64,000 nucleotides of DNA. Source: Octopus sinensis (Eukaryota). Position 1 is the stretch's first letter. The number at the start of each line of letters is the position of its first letter. The stretch spans positions 195,486,001-195,550,000 of the forward strand of contig NC_042997.1 of NCBI RefSeq assembly GCF_006345805.1. The letters run 5' to 3'. Under the pieces are notes generated by a model that was given only the letters and a program-made list of their open reading frames with translations, was not told where the DNA came from and did no database searches. The translations under genes were made by a program, and so were the position numbers. Below are positions 63,806-64,000 of the stretch, one piece after another.

Positions 63806-64000
63806 GTTGGCCAACATCATTCTTCCTTACACTACTACAACAGAAAGATATCCAACGAAGATCGCTAAGGTAGTAACAGCGACTTTTACGCAAGAGTACC
63901 ACATCTCTGTCTTACTATTGGTGAAAGACAGAGAGACAGAGAGTCAGAAGGGACAGAATGTGAAAAAGGACAGATTAGAGAGATAGAGAGAGAAAGAAGA
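62855..64000. repeat. Tandem repeat with a period of about 550 bp, rich in CA/GA microsatellite
   Basis: CCACATATTTGGGCACATACGC at 63061 and 63609. Confidence 0.8.

Overview
Repeat-dominated, AT-rich eukaryotic DNA with no supportable intact protein-coding gene. The SINE and microsatellite spectrum looks like an octopus/coleoid cephalopod; this is an inference. (1) 1-15 kb is a tRNA-His(GTG) array: 6 intact or near-intact genes plus about 10 pseudogenes or fragments. They sit in a composite unit of SINE relic, conserved upstream TATA-like box, tRNA-His and a decayed Tc1 transposase, repeated on a roughly 5.8-6.2 kb period with one inversion. A Merlin-like TIR element with an 8-bp TSD sits just downstream of two copies, and its empty sites are visible in paralogs. 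A divergent tRNA-His pair lies at 27.7-28.0 kb. (2) 15-64 kb is a mosaic of tRNA-derived SINEs (several with TSDs), non-autonomous Helitrons, MITE-like elements, mariner, R4-like and Penelope-like relics, long microsatellites and one 100-N gap. The most notable signals are minimal hammerhead-ribozyme motifs in Penelope-type tails, including a TSD-flanked element made of a tRNA-like head, (AAT)n and a hammerhead tail (47.6-48.5 kb), and several long, young inverted duplications. All alignments, translations and identities were done by eye and need computational confirmation.
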